DNA of 64,000 nt from Candidatus Omnitrophota bacterium (GTDB lineage: Bacteria; Omnitrophota; Gorgyraeia; Duberdicusellales; 4484-171): contig PMCS01000030.1 of the NCBI GenBank assembly GCA_003154195.1, positions 123,446 through 187,445 of the forward strand, in the 5' to 3' direction. Within the stretch, counting starts at the first letter, position 1, and each line of letters starts with the position of its first letter. The notes under the pieces are model-generated. The model was not told the origin of the DNA. It made no database searches and saw only the letters and a program-made list of their open reading frames with translations. Both the position numbers and the translations under genes were made by a program. Positions 18,042 to 27,251 of the stretch are shown piece after piece.

Positions 18042-19751
18042 ATGGCCAGATATAGAAAAATAGGGGATATCCTGTTAGCGGAAGGGATTATCACCGAAAC
18101 ACAAATTAAAGAAGCGATTGCCGCCCAGCAAAAAGAAGGCGGGAAGTTGGGAGAAATCCTGGTTAAGCTGGGATATGTCACGGAAGAGCAAATCGTTATC
18201 GCCTTAAGCAAACAATTATCCATTTCTTATGTTTCCCTTGTCTCGGGAAAATTAAAGCCGGCCGCCGATCAGGAGCTGGAAGAGCTCGTTCCCCACGACT
18301 TTGCCGTGAGAAACCTGGTGCTGCCGCTTTTTCGCAATATCAATTCTTTAACGGTAGTGATGTTCAATCCCCTTGATTTAATCCTCATCGATAATTTAAA
18401 GAAACTGACCGGATGCGAGATAAATCTTATCATATCCACCAAAGCGGATATTTTAAAAGCAATCGAAGCGTTTTACGGCAAAGACAGCCTTTTGAAGGAT
18501 ATGATTGATGCGGCCGCCGGCGATAATATTGTCACCGCGGAGATCCGCAATGTGGCGCAGAGCGATTTAAGCATCGATAAACTTATCGAACAGGCGGAAG
18601 AGGCGCCGGTAATCAAGCTTGTTGATTTGATCATTAAGCAGGCGATTGACGAAAGCGCTTCGGATATCCACATCGAGCCCCAGTTTGATAAATTCAGCCT
18701 GCGCTATAGAATAGACGGTATGCTTTATGAGATGCCTTCCCCGGCCATGTCGTTGTATTCGCCGATCGTATCGAGGATTAAAATACTCTCCAAAATGGAT
18801 ATCGCGGAAAAACGCCTTCCTCAGGACGGAAGCTTTATGGTGAAGATGGGCGAACGGATCATCGATTTGCGGGTATCAAGTTTGCCTACGATTTACGGCG
18901 AGAAGGTCGTCATGAGGATTCTTGATAAAACGCGTATCCCCCTTGATCTGGCAAAACTGGGATTTTTGCCCCAGGAATTGGAGATGATCAGAAAAGGCAT
19001 ATCCTCGTCTTACGGTTTGGTTTTTCTTACCGGGCCTACGGGCAGCGGAAAATCAACGACGCTTTACGCGGCGCTTAATGAGCTGCGCTCGTCGACGACC
19101 AATATCCTTACCGCGGAGGACCCTGTCGAATACCGGGTCGAAGGGATCAACCAGGTGCAGGTTAAACCGGATATCGGCTTGACTTTTGCCACAGCCTTAC
19201 GCTGTTTTATGCGTCAGGACCCCGATATAATCCTGGTAGGAGAAGTGCGCGATTTGGAAACCGCGGAAATCTGCATAAAAGCGGCTTTGACCGGGCATCT
19301 GGTTTTATCTACCCTGCATACCAATGACGCGGCTTCTACTGTCACCCGGTTGGTGGATATCGGGTTGCCCAGTTATCTGGTTACGGCAAGTTTACGTTTG
19401 ATTGTTGCCCAACGATTAATACGTAAACTCTGCCCTCAATGCAAAGAGCCCTATGAGGTTAAGGAAGAAGAAATTCCCAAGGGGGTAAAGCTTAATTCCC
19501 CCGTGATTTATAAAGCGAAAGGCTGTGAAAAATGTAATTTTATCGGTTATAAAGGAAGGATGGTTATCCCCGAGATCATTCTGATGAGCGATGAATTGCG
19601 GGAAGCCATTCATAACAAGTGCAGTCCCGCTCAGTTTATGGAGATAGCCCGGCACAAAGGAACAATGACCCTTTTGGAGAGCGGTATCAAAAGAATCGAA
19701 GAGGGCGCTACTTCTTTAGAAGAAGTTCTTTCTTCGACTACGATATTTTAA
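18042..19751 (+). CDS. pilB: type IV pilus assembly ATPase PilB (GspE family)
   Basis: N-terminal GSPII_E_N domain, Walker A GPTGSGKST and the tetracysteine motif CPQC...CEKC. Confidence 0.9.
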   Translation: MARYRKIGDILLAEGIITETQIKEAIAAQQKEGGKLGEILVKLGYVTEEQIVIALSKQLSISYVSLVSGKLKPAADQELEELVPHDFAVRNLVLPLFRNINSLTVVMFNPLDLILIDNLKKLTGCEINLIISTKADILKAIEAFYGKDSLLKDMIDAAAGDNIVTAEIRNVAQSDLSIDKLIEQAEEAPVIKLVDLIIKQAIDESASDIHIEPQFDKFSLRYRIDGMLYEMPSPAMSLYSPIVSRIKILSKMDIAEKRLPQDGSFMVKMGERIIDLRVSSLPTIYGEKVVMRILDKTRIPLDLAKLGFLPQELEMIRKGISSSYGLVFLTGPTGSGKSTTLYAALNELRSSTTNILTAEDPVEYRVEGINQVQVKPDIGLTFATALRCFMRQDPDIILVGEVRDLETAEICIKAALTGHLVLSTLHTNDAASTVTRLVDIGLPSYLVTASLRLIVAQRLIRKLCPQCKEPYEVKEEEIPKGVKLNSPVIYKAKGCEKCNFIGYKGRMVIPEIILMSDELREAIHNKCSPAQFMEIARHKGTMTLLESGIKRIEEGATSLEEVLSSTTIF

Positions 19752-19799
19752 TAAAAATAACATAAAAACCAAAAAACTGAAAAACCAAAAAACTTAACA

Positions 19800-20174
19800 A
19801 TGAGCGATATTTTTAGATTCAGAGAATTTCCGGTATATAAAGACGCAAGAAAATTGAGAAAAGATTTAAAGCTGCTAAGTAAAGAAAAATTCCCCGGAAC
19901 CGAACAATATTGTTTAACATCTCAGTTGTGGAGAGCATTGGATTCGATTATTCTCAATATAGCCGAGGGTTCAGACAGATGTTCAGATACGGATTTCAGT
20001 AGATTTTTAAACAATTCCTTAACCTCCGTTAATGAAGTAGCCGCCCGTTTGGATTGTGCTTTAGATGATGGCTATATTACTGTAAAAGAGCAAGACATAT
20101 TTATTCCCTTGGCTGAAAATATTGCGAAACAGCTAAAGGCTTTTAGTTCAAAAGTACGAAATGATAATGGTTAG
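19800..20174 (+). CDS. four-helix-bundle protein (23S rRNA intervening-sequence protein family)
   Basis: 124 aa. The YKDARKL...FPGTEQYCLTSQLWRALDSIILNIAEGSDR...FLNNSLTSVNEVAARLDCALDDGYI pattern matches PF05635-type proteins. It is flanked by inverted A/T-rich repeats at 19752-19799 and 20175-20215. Confidence 0.7.
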   Translation: MSDIFRFREFPVYKDARKLRKDLKLLSKEKFPGTEQYCLTSQLWRALDSIILNIAEGSDRCSDTDFSRFLNNSLTSVNEVAARLDCALDDGYITVKEQDIFIPLAENIAKQLKAFSSKVRNDNG

Positions 20175-20215
20175 TTTCTCGGTTTTTAAGTTTTTTCGTT
20201 TTTAGGTTACCTACC

Positions 20216-21436
20216 ATGCCCCAATACCTCTACGTTGCTAAAACAAAAGACGCGCGTCAGATAAAAGAGAAAGAAGAAGCCGGCTCCCGGGAAGAGCTGG
20301 TGGCGCGGCTGCGCAGCCGCGGGCTGTTTATTATCTCGCTGGCGGAGGTGCAGGTTCAGAAAGGTCCCACGCTTTTTTTTATGAAGAAAAGCAAGCGCGG
20401 ATCGGTCAATCTTTACGACCTGACGCTTTTTTCGAGGAACCTGGCTACTACCTTGTCGAGCGGCGTAACATTATTGCGCAGCCTGGAGATACTCGCCGTT
20501 CAAACCGAGAGCGCTAAATTGGAAAAAATACTGAAAGCCTGCTCCGGATACATAAAAGGCGGGCTTTCTTTAAGTGATGCCATCGCCAAGTACCCCAATG
20601 TTTTTTCGCCGCTCTGGCGGGGTATTGTGGAAGTGGGGGAGGCCAGCGGAAATTTACCGTCGGTTCTGGAGAGATTGGCGGATTATTTAGAGATGCGCAT
20701 GGATTTTGAGCGTAAAGTGCAGAGCGCGATGGTATACCCGGCGATAATTCTTGTCGTTGCGGGCGGCGCGATGGTTGTTTTTTTTAAGTTTATCCTTCCT
20801 AAATTTACGGAAATATTCAAGCAATTTAATATGAAATTACCCCTGTCGACGCAGATTATGTTCACGATCAGCCAAATTTTTGAAAAATATTTTATTTTAC
20901 TTTTGGGAGGAACTGTAGGTTTAGTGATTGCCGGTATTTATGCGATGAAACAGCCCGAAGTAAGAAAGGTGTGGGATAGAGTCAGCCTTAAATTACCGAT
21001 ACTGGGCCCTCTTCTCACTCTCACTGCTTTGGAGAGGTTTACTTCTACGATTAATATTCTTTTAGACAGCGGGCTTCCCCTGGTATTCAGCCTCGAAGTT
21101 TCGGCGAGAGGTATCGGCAATTCTCTTTTGGAACATAGCATCCTGGCGGTTAAAGATAAGGTTAAGGAGGGTTCTCCTTTATCCGACGAATTAAGGAAGC
21201 TTAATATTTTTCCCGCTCTCGTATCGGAGATGTCCAAAATCGGCGAAGAAACCGGCAGTATGCCTGAGGTGTATAAAAAAATATCAGTATATTATCAAAA
21301 AGAATTATCGGCGCGCGTCGAGCGTCTTGTCGCGGCGTTCGAGCCGTTAATGATTGTTTTTATGGGACTGCTTATCGGAGCAATGGTTATTTCTTTATTT
21401 CTGCCCCTGTTTAAGCTTAGCTCGCCTGGCGGGTAA
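20216..21436 (+). CDS. pilC: type IV pilus inner-membrane platform protein PilC (T2SS-F family)
   Basis: Two T2SSF repeats and three TM segments. 406 aa. Confidence 0.9.
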   Translation: MPQYLYVAKTKDARQIKEKEEAGSREELVARLRSRGLFIISLAEVQVQKGPTLFFMKKSKRGSVNLYDLTLFSRNLATTLSSGVTLLRSLEILAVQTESAKLEKILKACSGYIKGGLSLSDAIAKYPNVFSPLWRGIVEVGEASGNLPSVLERLADYLEMRMDFERKVQSAMVYPAIILVVAGGAMVVFFKFILPKFTEIFKQFNMKLPLSTQIMFTISQIFEKYFILLLGGTVGLVIAGIYAMKQPEVRKVWDRVSLKLPILGPLLTLTALERFTSTINILLDSGLPLVFSLEVSARGIGNSLLEHSILAVKDKVKEGSPLSDELRKLNIFPALVSEMSKIGEETGSMPEVYKKISVYYQKELSARVERLVAAFEPLMIVFMGLLIGAMVISLFLPLFKLSSPGG

Positions 21437-21603
21437 TACTAAACCACCGACGAATTCGGTGGCAATCCACTCAAAAGTAACGTATCGGCGAATTGGGGAA
21501 TTTGCCATTCTCTAAACGCGGCAACCGCTGATCTGGCTAAGCATTCCAGCGGTAAGGCGGAGGCGGCGCTTCATATCTACTGGCGCGCTACCTAAAAAAA
21601 ACA

Positions 21604-21632
21604 TTTGACTTTTGCCAATGGAATATTATGAT
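21604..21632 (+). promoter_or_regulatory. putative sigma70 promoter (TTGACT-N17-TATGAT) for the pilin gene
   Basis: A -35/-10-like pair about 75 nt upstream of ATG 21709. Confidence 0.3.
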
Positions 21633-21708
21633 TAATAGTATAGAAATCAACAAAAAGTATTTCATTTATACATACCGGAAAGTTAATAAAGAAAAAAGGA
21701 GGATACTT

Positions 21709-22143
21709 ATGAGAAGAAAAAGCTTTACGCTTTTAGAATTGGTAATCGTTCTTATTATTCTCGGCGTTTTAGCTACATTAGGCATTTCGCAATACATGAG
21801 AAGTATTGAGCAATCTCGCGGCGCCGAAGCGCGGTCAATATTGGGCCAGATTCGCACTTCTGTTTTAGGCTATTATATGTCAATAAGTACTCTGACCGGT
21901 ATCGATAATACTGCTGTCGGCATAGGAACAACTAACGATCTTATTCCTTCTTCTTGCCGAGCCAGTCATTATTTTAACTACGCTTTGAGCCTTATAACTT
22001 CTACCACTCTTAGAATTGATGGAACTCGTTGCAGCGCCGGCGGCAAGACGCCCACGGCTAGTGTTGGTATAGGGGGTATTCAGTTGACGGTTGACGCTAA
22101 CGCCGGTACCGATACCTGGTCGATGTCCCCGGCTTATAGGTGA
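21709..22143 (+). CDS. type IV pilin (prepilin-type N-terminal domain), major pilin candidate
   Basis: RBS AAGGAGG, then MRRKSFTLLELVIVLIILGVLA (class III signal peptide with E at +5; Ser at -1). The ORF track start at 21628 lies upstream of the RBS. Confidence 0.7.
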   Translation: MRRKSFTLLELVIVLIILGVLATLGISQYMRSIEQSRGAEARSILGQIRTSVLGYYMSISTLTGIDNTAVGIGTTNDLIPSSCRASHYFNYALSLITSTTLRIDGTRCSAGGKTPTASVGIGGIQLTVDANAGTDTWSMSPAYR

Positions 22144-22291
22144 TACCCGGCGTAATATTTTTGAAATTAATAAGAGGTTTTTATTCCCAGCTTAATCGCT
22201 TTGGTATAACAGGGGTTACTAAGGGTATAGTTTTTTTCAAGGTAATAAGCGATAGGCAGGTATAAATAAGCAGGGGCAAAATTTTGTTTTA

Positions 22292-22336
22292 GGGCGATAG
22301 CTTTTTGAAGAAAAGCTATCGCCCTTTTTGTTTTTT
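22292..22336 (+). terminator. rho-independent-type terminator hairpin, probably bidirectional
   Basis: GGGCGATAGCTTTTT / AAAAGCTATCGCCC stem followed by TTTTTGTTTTTT, between the convergent pilin and minus-strand genes. Confidence 0.55.
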
Positions 22337-22441
22337 CCATAGCCAGGTATATTTTGCCTAAATTAAAATGGGCTTGTAAGTCAAAAGGATTTGTTTTTAT
22401 CCGGGCCCGGTAATAAGAGATTGTTTTTTTGCTTAGCCGGT

Positions 22442-24442
22442 TTATTTTTTCGTTTTTCCGTTTGCTTCGTAAAGTCCGGTAAGAAGCGGGTAAGCCGATA
22501 AAAAATCCGGGTCAAGCTTTATCGCTTTTTCCAGATTTTTTATCGCATCTTCCGGCAAGCCGGTTTTTCTGTATAAAACTGCCAGATTGTAATAAATTCC
22601 CGGCGTTTCATTATTCATCGCGATAGTCTGATTATATTCTTCTATAGCTTTTTTGTAATTGCCCAGCGCGGAATACGCTAGCCCGAGGTTATAGTGCGCC
22701 GGGGCGCTGGGCGTTGTCTGGAGAGATTTTTTCAGATACCGGACAGCTTTCGGGATATCTTGATGATTAAAATAATACATCCCCAGCGCGTTATATACCC
22801 ACTCGTGTTCGTTTTTTAGTTTCGGTTCTATCGCCAGGGTTTTTTTATATAATTTTACCGCTTTTCTAAAATCGCCCGCCATATAATATTCGTCAGCTAA
22901 ATTTTTCCACATCCGCGCGCTTTTCGGCGAGTATCGTAACGTCCGTTTGTAAAAAGCGAGAGGTTCCCGCCAATAATTATTTTGTTGTATCGTGCGGATA
23001 GAATAGAAAATCACCAGCGATAGCGTCAGAAGTATCAACGGCAGTCTTAAATTATTTTTTTTGTATAGAAAGGATAATTTTTCGGCGATAACAAGGAAAA
23101 AACCGATCGAGGGGAGATAGAGCCAGTGTTCAGCCATGTAAGCGTTTATTGGGTAGATATTCGCATAGGGAAGAAGGGTAAGAAAAAACCAGAGAATAGA
23201 AAATGTTACGAGATAATTTTCCTTTCTTTTTTTGAACGCATAAACAAGCAGACCTGAAAAAATAGTTGCGCCGGCAATTATTTTTGCGATATTCAAAGCG
23301 CCGGGGGCTTTGCCGTATTCTACGTGGAGGTTGAACGGCAATATCAATAATTTGAGGTAATCGAGAAGCGCGCAGAAAAAATTAATTGTCCTTACGGTAA
23401 AAGGAGGGGTTTCAACGCCGGCGAGCGGTAATTTTAACAGCGCGTGCCGGGCGATAAGATAAAGGGAGCTTAAAATAAAAAGAAAAAATATTTCTTTTCT
23501 TTTTATTCTCCTTCGCCGAATACCCTGCGGCTTGCCGCAGGGATGAAGGCTCTGCTGCTTGGCTTCGGAGAAATGAAGCTGGATACCCCGCGGCTTGCCG
23601 CGGGGAGAACATTGGTGCTTCATTTTACCGCAGAAAACCGCCGTTGTAAGGCGGCGGATGAATGCGGTAAAATAATCCCGCCGTATTTTGGCGGGATTAT
23701 ACCGGTAAGCCCCCGGCTCTACGAGCCGAAGGGTTCGGAGAGCCACCGGCGTAAGCCGGTGGTAGTTCACTGCCGCGATAAAGGATGGCGCGGTTGTTTT
23801 ACCCGATGGAGAAAGTTTAAGTTGATTGTTTTTTTGATCAAGATAAGCATAGAGAACCAGCAAGGCGGGCACAACGATTACCGACGATTCTTTTGACAAT
23901 AGCGCCGCCAGGTATGAAGCGGTTAACGCGGCGCGCCATCGTAATTCAGGTTCGCGGCAATACTTTATGTAAGACAATAGCGCGAGAAGAATAAATATTG
24001 CCGATAACAAATCGGCCCTGCCGGATATGAAAGAAACTGCTTCCGTGTGAAGAGGGCAGGCGATAAATAATACGCCGGTAATAAACGCGGTCAGATAATC
24101 GCCGGCAATAACAGAAATCAGCCAATATAATAATAGCGCTACGCTTATGTGCAGGAGGATATTGGTTAAACGGTATCCCGCGGGGTTTAATTTCCACAAC
24201 GCGTAGTCGCCGGCGTAGGTTACGATTTCCAGCGGCCGGTAAAAAGCGTTATCCCGGTCTAACCCCCCGGTGATATTAGTTTTGAATACTTCGCCTAAGC
24301 CGTTCCAGCTTCTTATGTGATTGTTGCGGACGACTAAAACCTTGTCGTCCCAGATAAATTTACCGCCCAGCGAGCCGGAATAAATAATAAATCCCAGGGA
24401 GGCGATTAAAAAAAGATGCGCAAAAATATATTTTTTAGCCAT
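22442..24442 (-). CDS. polytopic GT-C-type (TMTC/PMT-like) membrane protein with C-terminal TPR repeats
   Basis: N-terminus GGKFIWDDKVLV... with many TM helices, and at least five C-terminal TPR-like repeats. It contains an atypical GC-rich, hairpin-dense segment (23523-23763). Confidence 0.55.
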   Translation of the reverse strand: MAKKYIFAHLFLIASLGFIIYSGSLGGKFIWDDKVLVVRNNHIRSWNGLGEVFKTNITGGLDRDNAFYRPLEIVTYAGDYALWKLNPAGYRLTNILLHISVALLLYWLISVIAGDYLTAFITGVLFIACPLHTEAVSFISGRADLLSAIFILLALLSYIKYCREPELRWRAALTASYLAALLSKESSVIVVPALLVLYAYLDQKNNQLKLSPSGKTTAPSFIAAVNYHRLTPVALRTLRLVEPGAYRYNPAKIRRDYFTAFIRRLTTAVFCGKMKHQCSPRGKPRGIQLHFSEAKQQSLHPCGKPQGIRRRRIKRKEIFFLFILSSLYLIARHALLKLPLAGVETPPFTVRTINFFCALLDYLKLLILPFNLHVEYGKAPGALNIAKIIAGATIFSGLLVYAFKKRKENYLVTFSILWFFLTLLPYANIYPINAYMAEHWLYLPSIGFFLVIAEKLSFLYKKNNLRLPLILLTLSLVIFYSIRTIQQNNYWREPLAFYKRTLRYSPKSARMWKNLADEYYMAGDFRKAVKLYKKTLAIEPKLKNEHEWVYNALGMYYFNHQDIPKAVRYLKKSLQTTPSAPAHYNLGLAYSALGNYKKAIEEYNQTIAMNNETPGIYYNLAVLYRKTGLPEDAIKNLEKAIKLDPDFLSAYPLLTGLYEANGKTKK
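23523..23763. repeat. cluster of five GC-rich perfect palindromes inside the TPR/GT-C CDS
   Basis: CCCTGCGGCTTGCCGCAGGG, CCCCGCGGCTTGCCGCGGGG, CCGCCGTTGTAAGGCGGCGG, ATCCCGCCGTATTTTGGCGGGAT and CCACCGGCGTAAGCCGGTGG, spaced about 40-60 bp apart. Confidence 0.5.
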
Positions 24443-25124
24443 TTATTTTCCAGCAGATTATTTCTTTGAATGTTCCCCAGATTGTTTTTAAATTAGCTAC
24501 TTTAGATTTACCGCCGGCGCGGGGGAGGTTGACGATGGAGATTTTTTTAAAGCGAAATCCTTGTTGGTAGGCTTTGATCACTAATTCAAAATTGAAGACG
24601 AATCGAGAATTTACGCATATTTTATCAAGAATTTTACGATGGAACAAATAAATCCCTTCGAGTGTGGGAAATTTACCGAAAAGGAGCCGCAATAACAGCC
24701 TTACCCCGGCGGACATGATTTTTCGGAATAATGAAGTATTGCGTTGATGATAAACCGTCGTGACGAAGTCAACGCTGTCGTCAAGCGCTTTCGCGCATTG
24801 GCCAAGCGCGGCAGGTTCGATTTGGCCGTCGGCAGGAAAAAATGATATCCAGCGATAACGCGCCTGCCGGAAACCGTCCGCCAGGCATTTGCCGATACCT
24901 TGTTTGAGCGTATGGGTAATAATAGTTACGTGGGTGTTTTTTTTAGACAGGCGGTCGGCAATTTTTGGCGTTTCATCGGTTGAGCCGTCGTTGATAATAA
25001 TAATTTCGTAGGCGCTGCCGGATATTGTTTGTAATACGGCGTTGACACTTTCCGCAACTTCGCCGAGGGTTTTTTCTTCGTTATAGGCGGGGATAATAAC
25101 CGAAAGATCAATCATAATATTCAA
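24435..25124 (-). CDS. family 2 glycosyltransferase (polyprenyl-phosphate sugar synthase / Dpm1-like)
   Basis: VIIPAYNEE ... INDGSTDET (GT-A DxD region). It overlaps the downstream gene by 8 nt. Confidence 0.8.
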   Translation of the reverse strand: MNIMIDLSVIIPAYNEEKTLGEVAESVNAVLQTISGSAYEIIIINDGSTDETPKIADRLSKKNTHVTIITHTLKQGIGKCLADGFRQARYRWISFFPADGQIEPAALGQCAKALDDSVDFVTTVYHQRNTSLFRKIMSAGVRLLLRLLFGKFPTLEGIYLFHRKILDKICVNSRFVFNFELVIKAYQQGFRFKKISIVNLPRAGGKSKVANLKTIWGTFKEIICWKING

Positions 25125-27058
25125 TTACGAATGGGAAGAACAATTTCGCCGATGGCAACGCTTCCGTCGGGGTTAATCGATTTTTGGCTTATTTTTTGAT
25201 CGAAAGTAAAAAATGTGCCTCTGTCCATCGAAGCTAATGTTAAGAGCAGAGCATATTTTCCTTTCGGTAAGTAACCCGGTATGGTCATAATATAGTAATC
25301 GTTGATAGTTTCGTCTTTTTGCCAGCGCTGGGTAGGATATATTCCATAACAAAGTTGGCGGATAGTTTCGTAGCGGGTTTTGCCGTTCTGGTCGACTAAT
25401 CGGATAAGCATCCCCAGGGTATTGTCATTTGGGTTTAAACAGCGCCAGGTAAAAGAAAATTTAATTGCCGTTGTCCCGCCTGCCTTTACCGGCGAATAAT
25501 TATAATCCTGGAGGCTGATTTTACCGGCAAGCGCGGCTGACGGTGTTTTATCAAATCCGCGTATCTTCGCCGGGATAATTTCGTATAATTTTTTATTGCC
25601 GGGGTGATTTTTTTTAAAAAGGGCGATGCTGTCAATAAAATCTATTACTTGCCAATTATTTCCTTCAAGAAAACGACGCATGTTTAAATCGGAATCAGGT
25701 TTGCGAAAGTATATCGTTGTATAGATATCATTAAAATCAATAAGCGCGTATTCGATATTGTCGGGGATAGCGTAAGGAACCCCGGGCCTCAGTTCGCCCT
25801 GGTAGATATAGTGGAAGGCATATAAGTAGCGCCGGTTCGACAGGTGGCTTAAAAATTCAAAAGTGCTCACAACCGCCGCGTTTTTGGGAATCATGGCAAT
25901 CAAGCGTTGTTTTTGTTTGGCGGTATTTTCTCTCAATAGGAGCACTAATTCTTTATTCATAGAATGGATCGGGCCGTAGATTATGTTGCTGATAATCGGC
26001 AGGATAATAATGTAGGAAAAGATGCGGCGCGGCAGATTGCCGCCGGAAAATTTTAACAAGCCGTATATCGCGGAAATATAAATGAAGGGGGTCATCGCGA
26101 TAGTGTAATGATTGACGATACTATGTTCAGCTATTCGTGTCGAAAGAAGGTGCTGCAGGATATTGAGCGCGCAAATCATTAATTCTTTGAGGGCAAAAAG
26201 AGAAAAGAAACCAGCGGGCATTAATATTTGCAGGATGAAATAACCGTTATCTTCTTGCAATAATGGTTGGAATAATATGGATGGCCGTGTAAGGATATTT
26301 TTAAATATTTCCGGAAAATCTTTTCCTAAATAGGCGTAAAACTGTTCATAGTTTACACCGGTGCGAAAATGCGGCAGAAAAACAAAAATCCCCAGATATA
26401 ACCAGACGAGGCTTATCGTTATGGGCAGTATTGACCAGCGCCACGGTTTTTTATCCAGCGCCGCGTATATTCCTATCATCAGCGTAACCAGGGTCATATC
26501 CAGGCGGCAAGCAATCGTGAGCAGGATACAGGTTATGTACCACCAGAAGCGGTCAGTCTTTAAACAATAAAATGCCCATAACAGCGTCAACCCGGCTAAG
26601 ACTAAATCAAAGTATTCAAAAAGCGCAAGAAACCATAGCGCGGGATATAAAAGATAAGAAACGGCAAACGCGGCGCCTAACCTTGGGGAGTGAGCGTGGC
26701 GGCCGATTAGGAATATCGGCATCGCTCCGGCGGCGAGGATGATTACTTTTATTATCAACATTGCCTGCGGAGAACAAAAAAACAAAGCATAAAGAAGGCT
26801 AAAGGGATAAGCAATAATTTCAATAGCATTACCCCATATCGTGGTATTGTCGATAATCGAAGCGCGGGGGCTGCCATGCAGGATATTCCAATATTTTTGC
26901 AAATGGATGGCAAAATCAAAATCAATATGAGAAAATGAGTTGTATTTCCATAAGCAGATGGCGCTGAAAATCACTGTATAGATCAGCATTCCCAGCAATA
27001 CAATAAAAAAGTATTTTTGTTTTAAAATGTAATTAAACGCTATTTTAAGATTTTTCAT
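25121..27058 (-). CDS. large polytopic membrane protein (DUF2079-like, putative GT-C-type glycosyl transferase)
   Basis: About 12 predicted TM helices plus a C-terminal beta-rich soluble domain. The ORF extends to 27208, but Met 27058 (MKNLKIAF...) is preferred because it leaves a divergent intergenic region. Confidence 0.45.
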   Translation of the reverse strand: MKNLKIAFNYILKQKYFFIVLLGMLIYTVIFSAICLWKYNSFSHIDFDFAIHLQKYWNILHGSPRASIIDNTTIWGNAIEIIAYPFSLLYALFFCSPQAMLIIKVIILAAGAMPIFLIGRHAHSPRLGAAFAVSYLLYPALWFLALFEYFDLVLAGLTLLWAFYCLKTDRFWWYITCILLTIACRLDMTLVTLMIGIYAALDKKPWRWSILPITISLVWLYLGIFVFLPHFRTGVNYEQFYAYLGKDFPEIFKNILTRPSILFQPLLQEDNGYFILQILMPAGFFSLFALKELMICALNILQHLLSTRIAEHSIVNHYTIAMTPFIYISAIYGLLKFSGGNLPRRIFSYIIILPIISNIIYGPIHSMNKELVLLLRENTAKQKQRLIAMIPKNAAVVSTFEFLSHLSNRRYLYAFHYIYQGELRPGVPYAIPDNIEYALIDFNDIYTTIYFRKPDSDLNMRRFLEGNNWQVIDFIDSIALFKKNHPGNKKLYEIIPAKIRGFDKTPSAALAGKISLQDYNYSPVKAGGTTAIKFSFTWRCLNPNDNTLGMLIRLVDQNGKTRYETIRQLCYGIYPTQRWQKDETINDYYIMTIPGYLPKGKYALLLTLASMDRGTFFTFDQKISQKSINPDGSVAIGEIVLPIRN

Positions 27059-27251
27059 ATCATCAACAATACACTGTTTAAAAGGATTAGTCAAGAATTT
27101 TCCGGTAAGAAAATTACGCCGGATAGAGACGGCCAGGTATTCGGCGAAAAGCTTTTTTGTTTTTGTCGTTAGCCTGCCGCTAAACACCTCGCCGGTAATT
27201 TTGCACAAAACAGTTGCAGTTTAAGGTTGGCCGGTGTATTATTATTTCTTG

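Noticed and set aside
23523-23763. Possible CRISPR-like array (regularly spaced GC palindromes).
   Set aside because: The repeats are not identical (only two of five are near-identical), spacing is irregular, the segment lies inside a continuous 666-aa ORF, and no cas genes are nearby.
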